Position numbers and translations under genes: made by a program. This document shows positions 18,612-28,224 of a DNA stretch of 64,000 bases, piece by piece (the first letter of the stretch is position 1; each line of letters starts with the position of its first letter). The notes beneath the pieces are model-generated. The model saw nothing but the letters and a program-made list of their open reading frames with translations, searched no databases and was not told the origin of the DNA. Origin of the DNA: Candidatus Bruticola sp. (GTDB taxonomy: Bacteria > Vulcanimicrobiota > Xenobia > Xenobiales > Xenobiaceae); the NCBI GenBank assembly GCA_051874735.1, contig JBJEGD010000031.1, positions 66,681 to 130,680 of the forward strand. Direction: 5' to 3'.

Positions 18612-19325
18612 ATGTATGACAATCGATTTGCTATAATTCTCCTCGGTGCAGGTTCCTCTTCACGCATGTCCGTTCCCAAGCAGCTGCTGCCATGGAAAGG
18701 ATCGGCCAATTTAATTGAACATGCTTGCCTAACTTGTCTGCAGAGTAAGGCTGTCTGCAGTGTTTTTGTTCTTGGAGCTAATGCGGAAAAGATTCTTGCA
18801 GTTTTGCCTTGGCTAAAGCAAAATTTTGCCGATTCTCATCTCGAGGCAACTTGCCTCAAGGAAGATAATTCTGCCCCTACGGCTGCTCCCAGATTCAGTA
18901 CTGTAATTAACCATAATTGGTCTTTGGGTATGTCTTCTTCTTTGAAAGTAGGCTTGAGTGAATTGTTGAATAACTTTTCACAAGCTCAGCTTTTAGATAG
19001 TGCCGCTGTGTTTTTAGCAGATCTTCCTTTAGTGACTTCAGCTATTATTGACAGCATAGCTGATTTAGGCGGCCGCTTGGCTCCTCATGAGCTTCAAAGT
19101 TGCATTATTGTACCAGTTTGGCAGGGGCGCAGAGGTCATCCTGTCTTTTTCGGCCGCCGTTTTTGGCCTGAATTATTGCTTATTTCTGGTGACAAGGGAG
19201 CTGGAAGTTTATTGAAAAAGTACTCGGAGCATTGCCTTTATTGGCAGGCTGAAGGTCCGGAAATATACTGGGATTGCGATACTCCTGACGCTTATATTGA
19301 ATGCTGCCGAAAAACAAATTTTTAA
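18612..19325 (+). CDS. mocA: molybdenum cofactor cytidylyltransferase-like nucleotidyltransferase (MocA/YgfJ)
   Basis: LGAGSSSRM..KQLL, GMSSSLKVG, LADLP, GHPV.F, GDKGA, DCDTP. Overlaps yqeB. Confidence 0.82.
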   Translation: MYDNRFAIILLGAGSSSRMSVPKQLLPWKGSANLIEHACLTCLQSKAVCSVFVLGANAEKILAVLPWLKQNFADSHLEATCLKEDNSAPTAAPRFSTVINHNWSLGMSSSLKVGLSELLNNFSQAQLLDSAAVFLADLPLVTSAIIDSIADLGGRLAPHELQSCIIVPVWQGRRGHPVFFGRRFWPELLLISGDKGAGSLLKKYSEHCLYWQAEGPEIYWDCDTPDAYIECCRKTNF

Positions 19326-20154
19326 TTTAGTTGGCAGAGAAAGGACGAATAATTTGCATTTTAAAGCACCATTAGTCGGCATACGCGGCGGCGGCGATTT
19401 AGCCAGCGGTATAGCCCACCGTCTTTTTCAAGCTGGTTTTCCACTTATTATTAGTGAATTAGAGCACCCTCGCATGGTACGTCGTAGCGTCTGTTTTGGA
19501 GAGGCTGTCTGGGAAAATAAAATTTCTATCGAAAAAGTAGAAGCTGTGCTTATTCAGTCTGAAAGCCAGCTGTCCGAAGTTTTGGCTCGTAAATATATAG
19601 GCGTAGCGGTCGATCCTGAGGGGAAAATATTCGATAAATTGAACGTACCTTTTCTCGTTGACGCCCGCATGTTGAAAAGGGAAATAGACGATCAGCGCCG
19701 CCCTGGCCGTTTTGTTGTAGGAATTGGACCCGGATTTACAGCCGGCCTCAATGTCGATAGGGTTATTGAAACTATGCGGGGACATACTTTGGGTAAAGTT
19801 ATTTACAGCGGTCAGCCCTTGCCTAATACCGGTGTACCTGGGATTATCGCCGGAGAAAGCATACGAAGACTGATAAAAGCCCCTTGCTGCGGAGTTTTTC
19901 GAGCTGAAGCCGAATTAGGGCAGATGGTTTGTGAAGGGCAAATAGTGGGGTGGGTTAATGAAAAGCCGGTTAAAGTGCTTCTGTCTGGCAAATTGCGCGG
20001 CCTGATTCGCAACGGCACTGAGGTCGCTTGTGGAGAAAAGCTTGGCGACTGCGATCCTAGAGGTGAAAAAGTCGATATATATACTATTTCTGACAAAGCT
20101 AGAGCTATCGGAGGAGGAGTTTTGGAAGCAGTTTTGAGTCAAGTTTTTGCCTAA
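19297..20154 (+). CDS. yqeB: selenium-dependent molybdenum cofactor biosynthesis protein YqeB
   Basis: RGGGDLASG, VRRSVCF, GPGF, IETMRGHTLG, KLGDCDPR, ISDKARAIGGGVLEA. Confidence 0.93.
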   Translation: MNAAEKQIFNLVGRERTNNLHFKAPLVGIRGGGDLASGIAHRLFQAGFPLIISELEHPRMVRRSVCFGEAVWENKISIEKVEAVLIQSESQLSEVLARKYIGVAVDPEGKIFDKLNVPFLVDARMLKREIDDQRRPGRFVVGIGPGFTAGLNVDRVIETMRGHTLGKVIYSGQPLPNTGVPGIIAGESIRRLIKAPCCGVFRAEAELGQMVCEGQIVGWVNEKPVKVLLSGKLRGLIRNGTEVACGEKLGDCDPRGEKVDIYTISDKARAIGGGVLEAVLSQVFA

Positions 20155-20316
20155 ATATTGAAAAAAAAACTGCATATAAGAGCAGGAACCAACCTTAAAT
20201 TCATGAAGCCAATCTCCCACTTGGGGGTGCTTTTTTTATTGTTCTGCTCTAGCTTTTTGGGCTGCAGTTAGAAAATAAGTATACAGATTTTTTGGCTAAG
20301 GAGTTTCTTCTCTGTT

Positions 20317-21849
20317 ATGACTTGTGGTACGGCAATTCGTGCAATGTTTATGGGGCTGACCGTTATGGTTCTGACCGCCAGTTCAAGTTTTAATGCTGAT
20401 GCAAAAGTCCCTAAAAATAATAATGCTGATCTTGAGAAAGGACGCAGGATCGTTATAGTTCATACTAACGATCTTCATGGCAATATTGAACCTGACAGTA
20501 AGAATCGCGGAGGCTTAACTCGCATCGCTTCCTTGTTGAAACAAATCAGGAAAGAAAATCCAGGTCGTGTCGTCTATTTTGATTGCGGAGATGTAGCTCA
20601 AGGTACCCCAGTTTCTAATCTTTTCCATGGCGAGCCTATGTACAAGTCTCTGAGCGTTATGAAGCCTTTGGCTGGTACTTTAGGTAATCACGAATATGAC
20701 TGGGGTATGGATGTACAGAAAAAGATGCTCAGTAATGCTGATTATCCAATTCTGGTAGCCAATGTAGTCAATAGTAAAGGGAAAAATCCTTATAAGCCCT
20801 ATATGATCAGCGAAATTAATGGCGTTAAGTTGGGTATTATCGGTCTGATCGCTCAAGATATTCCTGGTTTGGTGAAGAAGGGTAACACCGCCGATTTGAA
20901 GTTCCTCGATCCGGCTGAAACCTGCCTGAAATATATACCCAAAATGTACAAAGATGGCGCTGAACTGATTGTAGCCGTCAGTCATTGCGGTGTGGACGCT
21001 GATAAAATTACTGCGGAAAAAGTTCCGGCTCTCGATTTAATTGTAGGTGGCCATTCTCATACAAAGCTCGACAAGGCTATAAATGTGGGCGGTCATACTT
21101 GGATTGTGCAGGCGGGCCATTATGGGCGTTATTTAGGTCAGATCGCTCTCGATGTTAATCCTTACAACGGAAAAATTTTCAATTTCGATTATAAGCTTAT
21201 CACTCTAGATAAGAATCTCGCCGTAGAAGCGGATCCTGAAGTGGCTGCTATTGCTGAGCAGTATAATAAACAAGTTCAGCCTATGATGGAAAAGGTCGTT
21301 GGCAGTTTAAAAGATGACCTAACGATTAAAAATTCAGCAGAACACTACGATTCCAGCTTAGGCAACGCTATTTGCGATGCTTTAAGAAAAGAAGCCGGTG
21401 CAGATATCGGTGTTTATAACTGGGGCGGTATCCGTATTGAAGCGATGCAGGCCGGTGAAATTAAACTTGATACTATTTTCCGTTTGCTTCCTTTTGATGA
21501 TCCCGTTGTAGTTGTCAAACTTAAAGGACAGGACATTGTAGAGCTTTTCAGGCAATCAGTCTGCCAGACAGAGACTGGGCCTTTGCAGGCTTCCGGTGTG
21601 GAAATGGTCGCAGATAGTACTTCGAAAGAGATTGTTTCTTTAAAAATTAACGGTCAGGAAGTCGATCCTAACGCGGAGTACACTGTAGCTACGACTGAGT
21701 TCCTCTCCAAGGGAGGAGACAATTACAGTGCTTTGGGCAAAGGTGAAACCTTAAAAACTATAGGCATTACTCGTGATGTATTCATTGATTATATTAAGAG
21801 CTTCGACAGTATGCCCGCTCCTGCAGTAGGTAGAATGGTAAAGAGATAA
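20317..21849 (+). CDS. exported bifunctional UDP-sugar hydrolase / 5'-nucleotidase
   Basis: Signal peptide. HTNDLHG, DCGD, GNHEYD, SHCG, GGHSH, NWGGIR, LLPF. Confidence 0.93.
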   Translation: MTCGTAIRAMFMGLTVMVLTASSSFNADAKVPKNNNADLEKGRRIVIVHTNDLHGNIEPDSKNRGGLTRIASLLKQIRKENPGRVVYFDCGDVAQGTPVSNLFHGEPMYKSLSVMKPLAGTLGNHEYDWGMDVQKKMLSNADYPILVANVVNSKGKNPYKPYMISEINGVKLGIIGLIAQDIPGLVKKGNTADLKFLDPAETCLKYIPKMYKDGAELIVAVSHCGVDADKITAEKVPALDLIVGGHSHTKLDKAINVGGHTWIVQAGHYGRYLGQIALDVNPYNGKIFNFDYKLITLDKNLAVEADPEVAAIAEQYNKQVQPMMEKVVGSLKDDLTIKNSAEHYDSSLGNAICDALRKEAGADIGVYNWGGIRIEAMQAGEIKLDTIFRLLPFDDPVVVVKLKGQDIVELFRQSVCQTETGPLQASGVEMVADSTSKEIVSLKINGQEVDPNAEYTVATTEFLSKGGDNYSALGKGETLKTIGITRDVFIDYIKSFDSMPAPAVGRMVKR

Positions 21850-22155
21850 GCTTGAAAAGCTTCTGAGCTTTTAATTTATTAAAAAATTGAGAAGAGCGTT
21901 TTTCCTAAATCATTTTTTAAGTGTATCCGGAAAGCGCTCTTTTGTTTTGTGAAAATAGTACTTAAAATAGGCGCAATATTGTAATATGGTCATTAGAAAT
22001 ATAGTGGCATGAAGCTAAAGAGTTTGAAATTGATCTTAATCTGTAGTTTACGTTAAAAACTTACTTTACAAAGTAATTTGAGGCTGATTCTGCATTAGTT
22101 GGCTTGGTTATTAAAAAAAAAAGCAAAAAAAATGTTGTTTTTTGGCAAAAAGGGG

Positions 22156-22184
22156 TTGACGTTTTTTTTACTAGTATATATAAT
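22156..22184 (+). promoter_or_regulatory. strong sigma70 promoter of the tRNA operon, with A/T-tract UP element
   Basis: TTGACG (22156-22161), 17 nt spacer, TATAAT (22179-22184); poly-A tracts upstream. Confidence 0.85.
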
Positions 22185-22270
22185 GCACACGTTCTCAAGA
22201 GAGAGTGAGCGAGGTTAAGGGTAGTGAACGAGCTTCGCGCCGCTTGAGAAAAATATCCGCAAAGCTATAT

Positions 22271-22344
22271 TGCCGAATCGTCTAACGGTAGGACAGCGGA
22301 CTCTGGATCCGTACGTGAGGGTTCAAATCCTTCTTCGGCAGCCA
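22271..22344 (+). tRNA. tRNA-Gln (CTG)
   Basis: Acceptor TGCCGAA/TTCGGCA, anticodon arm GCGGA-CTCTGGA-TCCGT, GGTTCAAATCC, encoded CCA. Confidence 0.96.
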
Positions 22345-22351
22345 ACTTTGC

Positions 22352-22428
22352 GCCGCGTTGGTCTAGAGGATCAGGACGTCGCCCTCTCACGGCGAAAATC
22401 GCGGGTTCGAATCCCGCACGCGGTACCA
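22352..22428 (+). tRNA. tRNA-Glu (CTC)
   Basis: Acceptor GCCGCGT/ACGCGGT, anticodon arm TCGCC-CTCTCAC-GGCGA, GGTTCGAATCC, encoded CCA. Confidence 0.96.
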
Positions 22429-22431
22429 TTT

Positions 22432-22518
22432 AGGACCAGTAGCGTTTCCCCCCCCCGCGTACTGGTCCTTTTCCTTGGAGAAGAATTCAGCTTCTGTCTT
22501 AAAGCTGGATTCTTTTTT
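22432..22518 (+). terminator. tandem terminator hairpins after the tRNA operon
   Basis: AGGACCAGTA/TACTGGTCCT plus T run, then AAGAATTCAGCTT/AAGCTGGATTCTT plus T run. Confidence 0.75.
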
Positions 22519-22593
22519 ATTTCCTTAAAAAGTAAGTTAGATCACTGCCACACGTGTTACTCTAGGGGGGCATATAGTGTAAAATAAGCCGGT

Positions 22594-24030
22594 ATGAGGA
22601 ATAGATACATATTGGCAAGTCTGAGAAATAGAAAAATTTGGCGGATTAGTTTTATCTGTGCGCTGTTAATTTTTATAGCTTCAATTATACAGAGTTCTGA
22701 AGCTCAGTCTAAACAAAATTACTACAGTGAAGTTCTTCCTAATGGTATGCTATTAGTGCTGTCAGAAAATTTATCTTCTCCTGTCTGCTCTTTAAATATT
22801 TTTTGCAAAGTAGGCGGATTTGAGGAAAATGCTGACACTATGGGTATATCCCACTTTTTTGAGCATCTGTTTTTCCGCGGTACTCCAACTTTAAACGGAT
22901 ACCAATTTAAAAGGGCTATTGAAGCTTTGGGAGGTCAAACTAACGCTTCTACTGGTCGCGATTTTACTCATTACTACATCACTTTGCCAGGTAAAAATGC
23001 CATTAAAGGCATGCGCTTGCTGGCCGATGCTTTAAAAAATGCTGAATTAGATCAGGAAGCCATCGATCAGGAACGCAAAGCCGTCCTGGAAGAGTATCGT
23101 ATGAATTTGGAAAGTCCGGCTCGTATTATGAACCAAATGATGAGTGAGCTAGCTTACGGAGAGCATCCTTACGGTCGTCCTATTATTGGCAGCGAATATA
23201 CTATAAAATCTTTTAATCGTCCCGATTTCATAAAGTTTCGTGATACTTTTATTTCCCCTGAACGCACTAGTATTGTAGTAGTTGGCGATTTTAAGAGCTC
23301 TGAAATGCTGGCTGTGCTGCGTGAAGAATTTTCTAAGTTTACGCGTCCTCAAAAGCGCATTATTAGCAGTTATGCTGATATAAAACGGCCTAGCGAAGAA
23401 GTATCAGCTGTTCGAGATATTAAAGCTCAATCTAGTTTTGTGGCGGTTGGTTTTGTTGGTCCGTCTATTCACGATAAACCAGATATCTATCAAGTCGATG
23501 TTATGTCATTTTTAATGGGCTTAGGACGCGGCTCTTTAGTGCAGAAAAAATTAGTTAGTCAAGGTAAGCTTCAAGATGGAGGAGTGCAATTTCTCACTCA
23601 GCGTTTTCCTGGCTTAATTTCGCTTTACGGTATAAGCAAAGTTGGTCATGAAGATGATGTTAAGAAAGACTTGCTTTCGGTAGCTGCAATGGTTCGCCAG
23701 GGGCAATTCAGCGATCGCGATTTGCGTCGTGCTAAAGCTTTTCTGCGCAGTAATTACTCTTTTTCAGAGGAGACTAACGCCGGGCGAGCTGATAATTTAG
23801 GCTTTTATGCTTCTATCGATGATATAAAGTTTACAGATCGCTATTTAAGTGAAATTGAAAAAGTTTCGAAAGAAGACGTAATGGCTGCCGCTGCCAAATA
23901 TTTGAGCGGAGGTTACTATTGTGTAAAACTAATAGGACAGGTCTCTGAAAAGAATAAACAGCGTAGCCGAAGCGGGGAAGAGGCTGGAACCGGACAGGAC
24001 AACGCCGCTGAAAACACAGTTAAAAATTGA
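22594..24030 (+). CDS. M16B zinc peptidase, active subunit, exported
   Basis: HFFEH (HxxEH), GGQTNAST..D.T.Y, HPYGRPIIG; N-terminal signal sequence. Confidence 0.92.
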   Translation: MRNRYILASLRNRKIWRISFICALLIFIASIIQSSEAQSKQNYYSEVLPNGMLLVLSENLSSPVCSLNIFCKVGGFEENADTMGISHFFEHLFFRGTPTLNGYQFKRAIEALGGQTNASTGRDFTHYYITLPGKNAIKGMRLLADALKNAELDQEAIDQERKAVLEEYRMNLESPARIMNQMMSELAYGEHPYGRPIIGSEYTIKSFNRPDFIKFRDTFISPERTSIVVVGDFKSSEMLAVLREEFSKFTRPQKRIISSYADIKRPSEEVSAVRDIKAQSSFVAVGFVGPSIHDKPDIYQVDVMSFLMGLGRGSLVQKKLVSQGKLQDGGVQFLTQRFPGLISLYGISKVGHEDDVKKDLLSVAAMVRQGQFSDRDLRRAKAFLRSNYSFSEETNAGRADNLGFYASIDDIKFTDRYLSEIEKVSKEDVMAAAAKYLSGGYYCVKLIGQVSEKNKQRSRSGEEAGTGQDNAAENTVKN

Positions 24031-24042
24031 GGAAGGGCTGAT

Positions 24043-25476
24043 GTGGCAATGTGGAAATTTTTCATTAAGTTGATCGGCCCAGTTCTTGTCGCAGCTTACT
24101 GGGCGGTGTCCGTTGGGGCTCAGTCTCCGGACAGAGATCTAAAGCTACCTTCGTTGCCCGGTTTTAATCATCCGCCTTCTTCAACTTATAAAATTGACAA
24201 CTTTTCTATTTCAGGTACCTCGTCTATCTCTAATGGGGCCTCATCTGTAAAAAAATATGTACTTCCTAATGGGTTCGTGTGTCTTACTTTAGAGGAACCT
24301 AGTAAGAATCTGGTCGTCATTGATTATTTGGTGCGTTGTGGAGTCAGTCAGGAAGGGAGTAACCTTCAGGGTTATAACTTTTTAGTTTTAAAAATGCTCA
24401 GTAACAGAATCTCTGACGACGAATTCGGCGACGATGTAGTAGAAATTACCGGCAGTTTAGTCGATGACGGAGCTTCAGCTGATTACAGCCGCCTGAGTAT
24501 AACTACCTCTCCAGTCAATTATATGTTTATGCTGCGTCGTCTGTGCAAGGCAGTAGCTAATCCGAACTTTTCCCAAGCTGAACTAGATCAAGCTCGTCGC
24601 CAAACTTTAAACCGCATGGGTGACAGTGAAGGAACTTCCGGGCAGCTTTATGATATATTTCTCAGCTGTTTTTACAGAATACATCCTTATAAACGTTCTC
24701 CGCAGGTTGTGCCGGTAATTCTAAATAGAACTTCAGCTGCTAATATTAGTGCTTATTATAAACGTAATTTCACCCCTGATCGAACCGTTTTAACAGCTGC
24801 CGGTAAAGTAAATGCTCAAAAAGTTCGGGAAGAAGTAAGCAGCGCTTGCGCCTCGATGGTGCCCGCCGGAGAGAAAATTTTAGAAGTGCAGTGGGAACCG
24901 CAAGCTTCAGAAAAAGAAGTTTATTTATATTCGCAGTCGGAACTGGCTTGGGTTCTGCTGGGATATCAGGCTCCTTCATTGCAGAGCTCAGATTATGCGG
25001 CTATGCAGATTATTTATGGGGCTTTGGGAGCCGGTTTAAGTTCTCGTCTTTGGACTGAATTGCGTGAAAATAGAGGCTTAGCTTACGAAGTCGGGGCCCG
25101 CTATCCTGAATTGTTGGGCCCTTCCCATTTGCTCTGTCATATTATTACTAAACCAGGTACTGTGGGAATAGCCAGGCGCCGCATGCTAGCAGAAATTGAC
25201 AAATTAAAAAAAGACGGTATGAATGAATTAGAATTAGCCGAAACTAAAGAAAAAATGATAGGACTATACCTGGCCGAAAGAGAGAGTTTGAGTGGCAAAG
25301 TTCTCCATTTAGGTATGGCGGAGCTTTCTGGAGCCGGTTATGAAAGTGATGCTCGCAAAATTCAAGAACTTAAGAGTGTAACTGCTGCTGATATTAAAAG
25401 AGTGGCTAATAAGTATCTGAGAGAACCAACTTTAATCATGGCTCGTCCGGGAGGACTTTTCTATTTTGATTGGTAG
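24043..25476 (+). CDS. M16B peptidase, non-catalytic partner subunit
   Basis: No HxxEH. HPY, LSSRLWTELRENRGLAY (R/Y pair). Tandem with the active subunit. Confidence 0.88.
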   Translation: MAMWKFFIKLIGPVLVAAYWAVSVGAQSPDRDLKLPSLPGFNHPPSSTYKIDNFSISGTSSISNGASSVKKYVLPNGFVCLTLEEPSKNLVVIDYLVRCGVSQEGSNLQGYNFLVLKMLSNRISDDEFGDDVVEITGSLVDDGASADYSRLSITTSPVNYMFMLRRLCKAVANPNFSQAELDQARRQTLNRMGDSEGTSGQLYDIFLSCFYRIHPYKRSPQVVPVILNRTSAANISAYYKRNFTPDRTVLTAAGKVNAQKVREEVSSACASMVPAGEKILEVQWEPQASEKEVYLYSQSELAWVLLGYQAPSLQSSDYAAMQIIYGALGAGLSSRLWTELRENRGLAYEVGARYPELLGPSHLLCHIITKPGTVGIARRRMLAEIDKLKKDGMNELELAETKEKMIGLYLAERESLSGKVLHLGMAELSGAGYESDARKIQELKSVTAADIKRVANKYLREPTLIMARPGGLFYFDW

Positions 25477-25590
25477 GAAAGGCTGCTTCTCTGCAGGTAA
25501 GACAGCTTCTTAGGCTAAATAATCGCTTAATCAGCGTAGCTGTTTGTCCGTTTAGCCGCTTTAGAACTTAAAAAAGTTGAAGTTTATTGC

Positions 25591-26199
25591 ATGATTTGGT
25601 CGTTAATTCTATTAATAGTTTGTTATCTGCTAGGTTCTTTCCCCTCCGGTGTAGTTGTAGCGAAACGTTTTAACGTATCTGATTTATCCTGTTTGGGCAG
25701 TGGTAGCGTGGGCACGACTAACACCTACCGAGTTTTGGGGCTGAAAGCGGCTCTGATTGTATTGAGCCTCGATGTAGTTAAAGGTTTTTTAGCTGTATGT
25801 CTATCTTACTTCGTTTTTGTACCTAGTTTTATGCATCCGGCAGTTAAATTGCTTTTTGGTTTAGCGGCTGTAGCTGGTCATAATTGGTCCATTTTTTTAA
25901 AGTTCAAAGGTGGAAAGGGTGTAGCCACTACTTGTGGGGTCTTTTTAGCTATTGCGCCTCAAGCAGTAGGAATGGCCGCTCTTATTTGGCTGGGAGTAGC
26001 TTTGCTTACTCGCTGGGCTTCGGCAGCTTCGCTTTCTGCTGCTGTGGCTTTTCCGTGTCTAGCTTACGTTTATGGGGCCTCTATATTTGAGATTATTTTT
26101 GCGGTTTTGATGGCAGCTATAGTTTTCTTTCAGCATCGCCGCAACTTGGAACGCCTTATTGCAGGGCAGGAAGAGCGCCTAAACATAAAGTTTTTTTAG
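25591..26199 (+). CDS. plsY: glycerol-3-phosphate acyltransferase PlsY
   Basis: YLLGSFP, GSGSVGTTN, DVVKG, GHNWSIFLKFKGGKGVAT, HRRN. Confidence 0.95.
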   Translation: MIWSLILLIVCYLLGSFPSGVVVAKRFNVSDLSCLGSGSVGTTNTYRVLGLKAALIVLSLDVVKGFLAVCLSYFVFVPSFMHPAVKLLFGLAAVAGHNWSIFLKFKGGKGVATTCGVFLAIAPQAVGMAALIWLGVALLTRWASAASLSAAVAFPCLAYVYGASIFEIIFAVLMAAIVFFQHRRNLERLIAGQEERLNIKFF

Positions 26200-26259
26200 C
26201 CATAATAAGATCTAATCCTCTGCGGGTGTAGCTGCAGGAAAAGCTTAAAGGAGACATAT

Positions 26260-27387
26260 ATGGAATTTGAAAATCTGCGGGCACTGCTTGACAAAGTGTT
26301 GGCTCTCTCATATCAACAGAAAGCTTCCGATGTCTATATAAAAGCTGATCTTCCGCCTTTTCTGCGTATTACTGGCGTTATGTATCCTGTGCAATGTGAG
26401 GCCTTAACTCCGCAGATGACTGAGTATTTGGCCTTAGCTATCATGCCTGGCCATTTGCGCGATAAGTTCGAGGGCGGTCATCCTGAAGCCAACTTTGTTT
26501 ATCCCCTCAAACATATAGGGCGTTTCCGTGTTAATGCCTACCGCCAAAAAGACAGTGTCGCTATGGTGTTCAGACGGGTAGAAGAAGATATTTTAGATAT
26601 TGAAACCTTAGGCCTCCACCCTGTTCTAAATAAGCTGGTCATGGAAAGGCGCGGCTTGATTTTAGTAACTGGACCTACCGGATCTGGTAAATCTACTACT
26701 CTGGCTTCCATGATTAAGTTTCGCAAAGAGCATTCTAGCGGTCATATAGTAACCATAGAAGATCCTATCGAATATGTGCATACTGATACGAATAAATGCT
26801 TAGTCTCTCAGCGCGAAGTGGGCACTGATACTTTGTGCTTCAGAGACGCTTTAGAAAGTGCTTTGCGTCAGGCTCCCGACGTGCTGCTTGTAGGTGAGAT
26901 GCGTGATTTATCTTCAGTAGAATCGGCTGTATATTTTGCTGAAACTGGTCACTTAGTGCTGTCTACTTTGCACGCTAATAACGCCGTGCAAACTATTGAG
27001 CGTGTTTTGCAGTTTTTCCCTGACGAAATGCATAACCCCGTGCTTTATCAACTGTCTATGAATGTCAAGGCGGTTATAGCTCAGCGCCTGATTCCCGCAG
27101 TTGGCGGAGGTCGCGTGCCGGCTTTAGAAATTATGATTAATAACGCTCGTATTCAGGAATGTTTGCGCGATAATGCTTTAACTACTATTAAAAGAGAGCT
27201 AGATTCTTTCCATCCTGACGGTATGCAAAGTTTTGATTACAATTTACTGCAGCTGTTTAAAGCCGGTAAAATTACAGCTGACGATGCGCTGCGCAACTCC
27301 GATAATGCTAACGACTTGAAGTTGCAGATGCGCCATGCTATGCAGGAGATGAATGAAGCTAATAATCTTATTAAGAACGATTGGTAA
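26260..27387 (+). CDS. pilU: PilT/PilU family type IV pilus retraction ATPase (PilU-like)
   Basis: GPTGSGKST, TIEDPIE, LRQAPD..VGEMRD, ETGHLVLSTLHANNA. Lacks the AIRNLIRE motif of PilT. Confidence 0.85.
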   Translation: MEFENLRALLDKVLALSYQQKASDVYIKADLPPFLRITGVMYPVQCEALTPQMTEYLALAIMPGHLRDKFEGGHPEANFVYPLKHIGRFRVNAYRQKDSVAMVFRRVEEDILDIETLGLHPVLNKLVMERRGLILVTGPTGSGKSTTLASMIKFRKEHSSGHIVTIEDPIEYVHTDTNKCLVSQREVGTDTLCFRDALESALRQAPDVLLVGEMRDLSSVESAVYFAETGHLVLSTLHANNAVQTIERVLQFFPDEMHNPVLYQLSMNVKAVIAQRLIPAVGGGRVPALEIMINNARIQECLRDNALTTIKRELDSFHPDGMQSFDYNLLQLFKAGKITADDALRNSDNANDLKLQMRHAMQEMNEANNLIKNDW

Positions 27388-27439
27388 GTATTTAAGTTCC
27401 GATAAGTAACGTTAAGAAATAGGTGCAGGTGATCGACAC

Positions 27440-28207
27440 ATGCTTGAACAGCATAAATTGAATTTAGCTAAAAATTTAGAAACAGAAGTTAATCCATACA
27501 TTGTTGACAGCAGTCCGGATGAAATAGACGCAGTTCCGCTCAGCGACAATGATGCTCTAATTAACGGCAATGCTCCTATATTTCATAAAAGAGCTAAGCC
27601 TTTACCTAATCGCATTAAAAGCGGATCTTTTAGTGAAACTATGATAACTGGGGAAACGACTGGCGATATTATTGAAGTGCCCTGGGAATGTATCGAATAC
27701 GTTGCTTTGGGTATGATTATTGAGCGCAGCGAGCAGGACGCTTCAGCTTATAAAGTGCAGAAATTGATGCGTAATTTTTCGCGTATGGCCCAGGGCAATG
27801 TGCACGAAGATGACAAAGATAAAATAGTTACTTTAAAACCTACTAATTTCTTAGATATATACTGCTCTGATAGAGAAGAACCGCTGCGTTTCGATTCTTC
27901 TTCTATAAACTATCGCAGCTTTTTTAAAGAAAAGCTGTCTCACGTTTCTTTCCAGAATTTTTTCCGTTTAGTGCGTGAAGTATGCTTGCATAGTCGTAAA
28001 GCTTACTTCACCGATTCAGTTAAGGCCTTCTTAACTTGGAATCGCGATCGGGTCAAGATCTATAATACGGTTCACGATTTTGAACATGATACTTTTCTGT
28101 GCCTAACTAAGGGACGCCACTTAGTCAGTTGGTCTGATCTAGATTTCACCCGCTTAGGTTGGGCTGACGGTTGGCAGGAAGACGGCAAAAATCAAAACGA
28201 TATTTGA
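27440..28207 (+). CDS. hypothetical protein
   Basis: 255-aa ORF with AGGTG SD, in operon context; no motif recognised. Confidence 0.75.
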   Translation: MLEQHKLNLAKNLETEVNPYIVDSSPDEIDAVPLSDNDALINGNAPIFHKRAKPLPNRIKSGSFSETMITGETTGDIIEVPWECIEYVALGMIIERSEQDASAYKVQKLMRNFSRMAQGNVHEDDKDKIVTLKPTNFLDIYCSDREEPLRFDSSSINYRSFFKEKLSHVSFQNFFRLVREVCLHSRKAYFTDSVKAFLTWNRDRVKIYNTVHDFEHDTFLCLTKGRHLVSWSDLDFTRLGWADGWQEDGKNQNDI

Positions 28208-28224
28208 GGAGAATTTATTATTAT

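Noticed and set aside
16252-20154. Selenocysteine (UGA) recoding, given the selenium-trait genes
   Set aside because: No gene appears interrupted by an in-frame TGA, and TGA serves as a normal stop in several genes. The YqeB/YqeC trait does not require Sec.
22270-22587. 105-aa ORF
   Set aside because: Overlaps tRNA-Gln, tRNA-Glu and their terminators; spurious.
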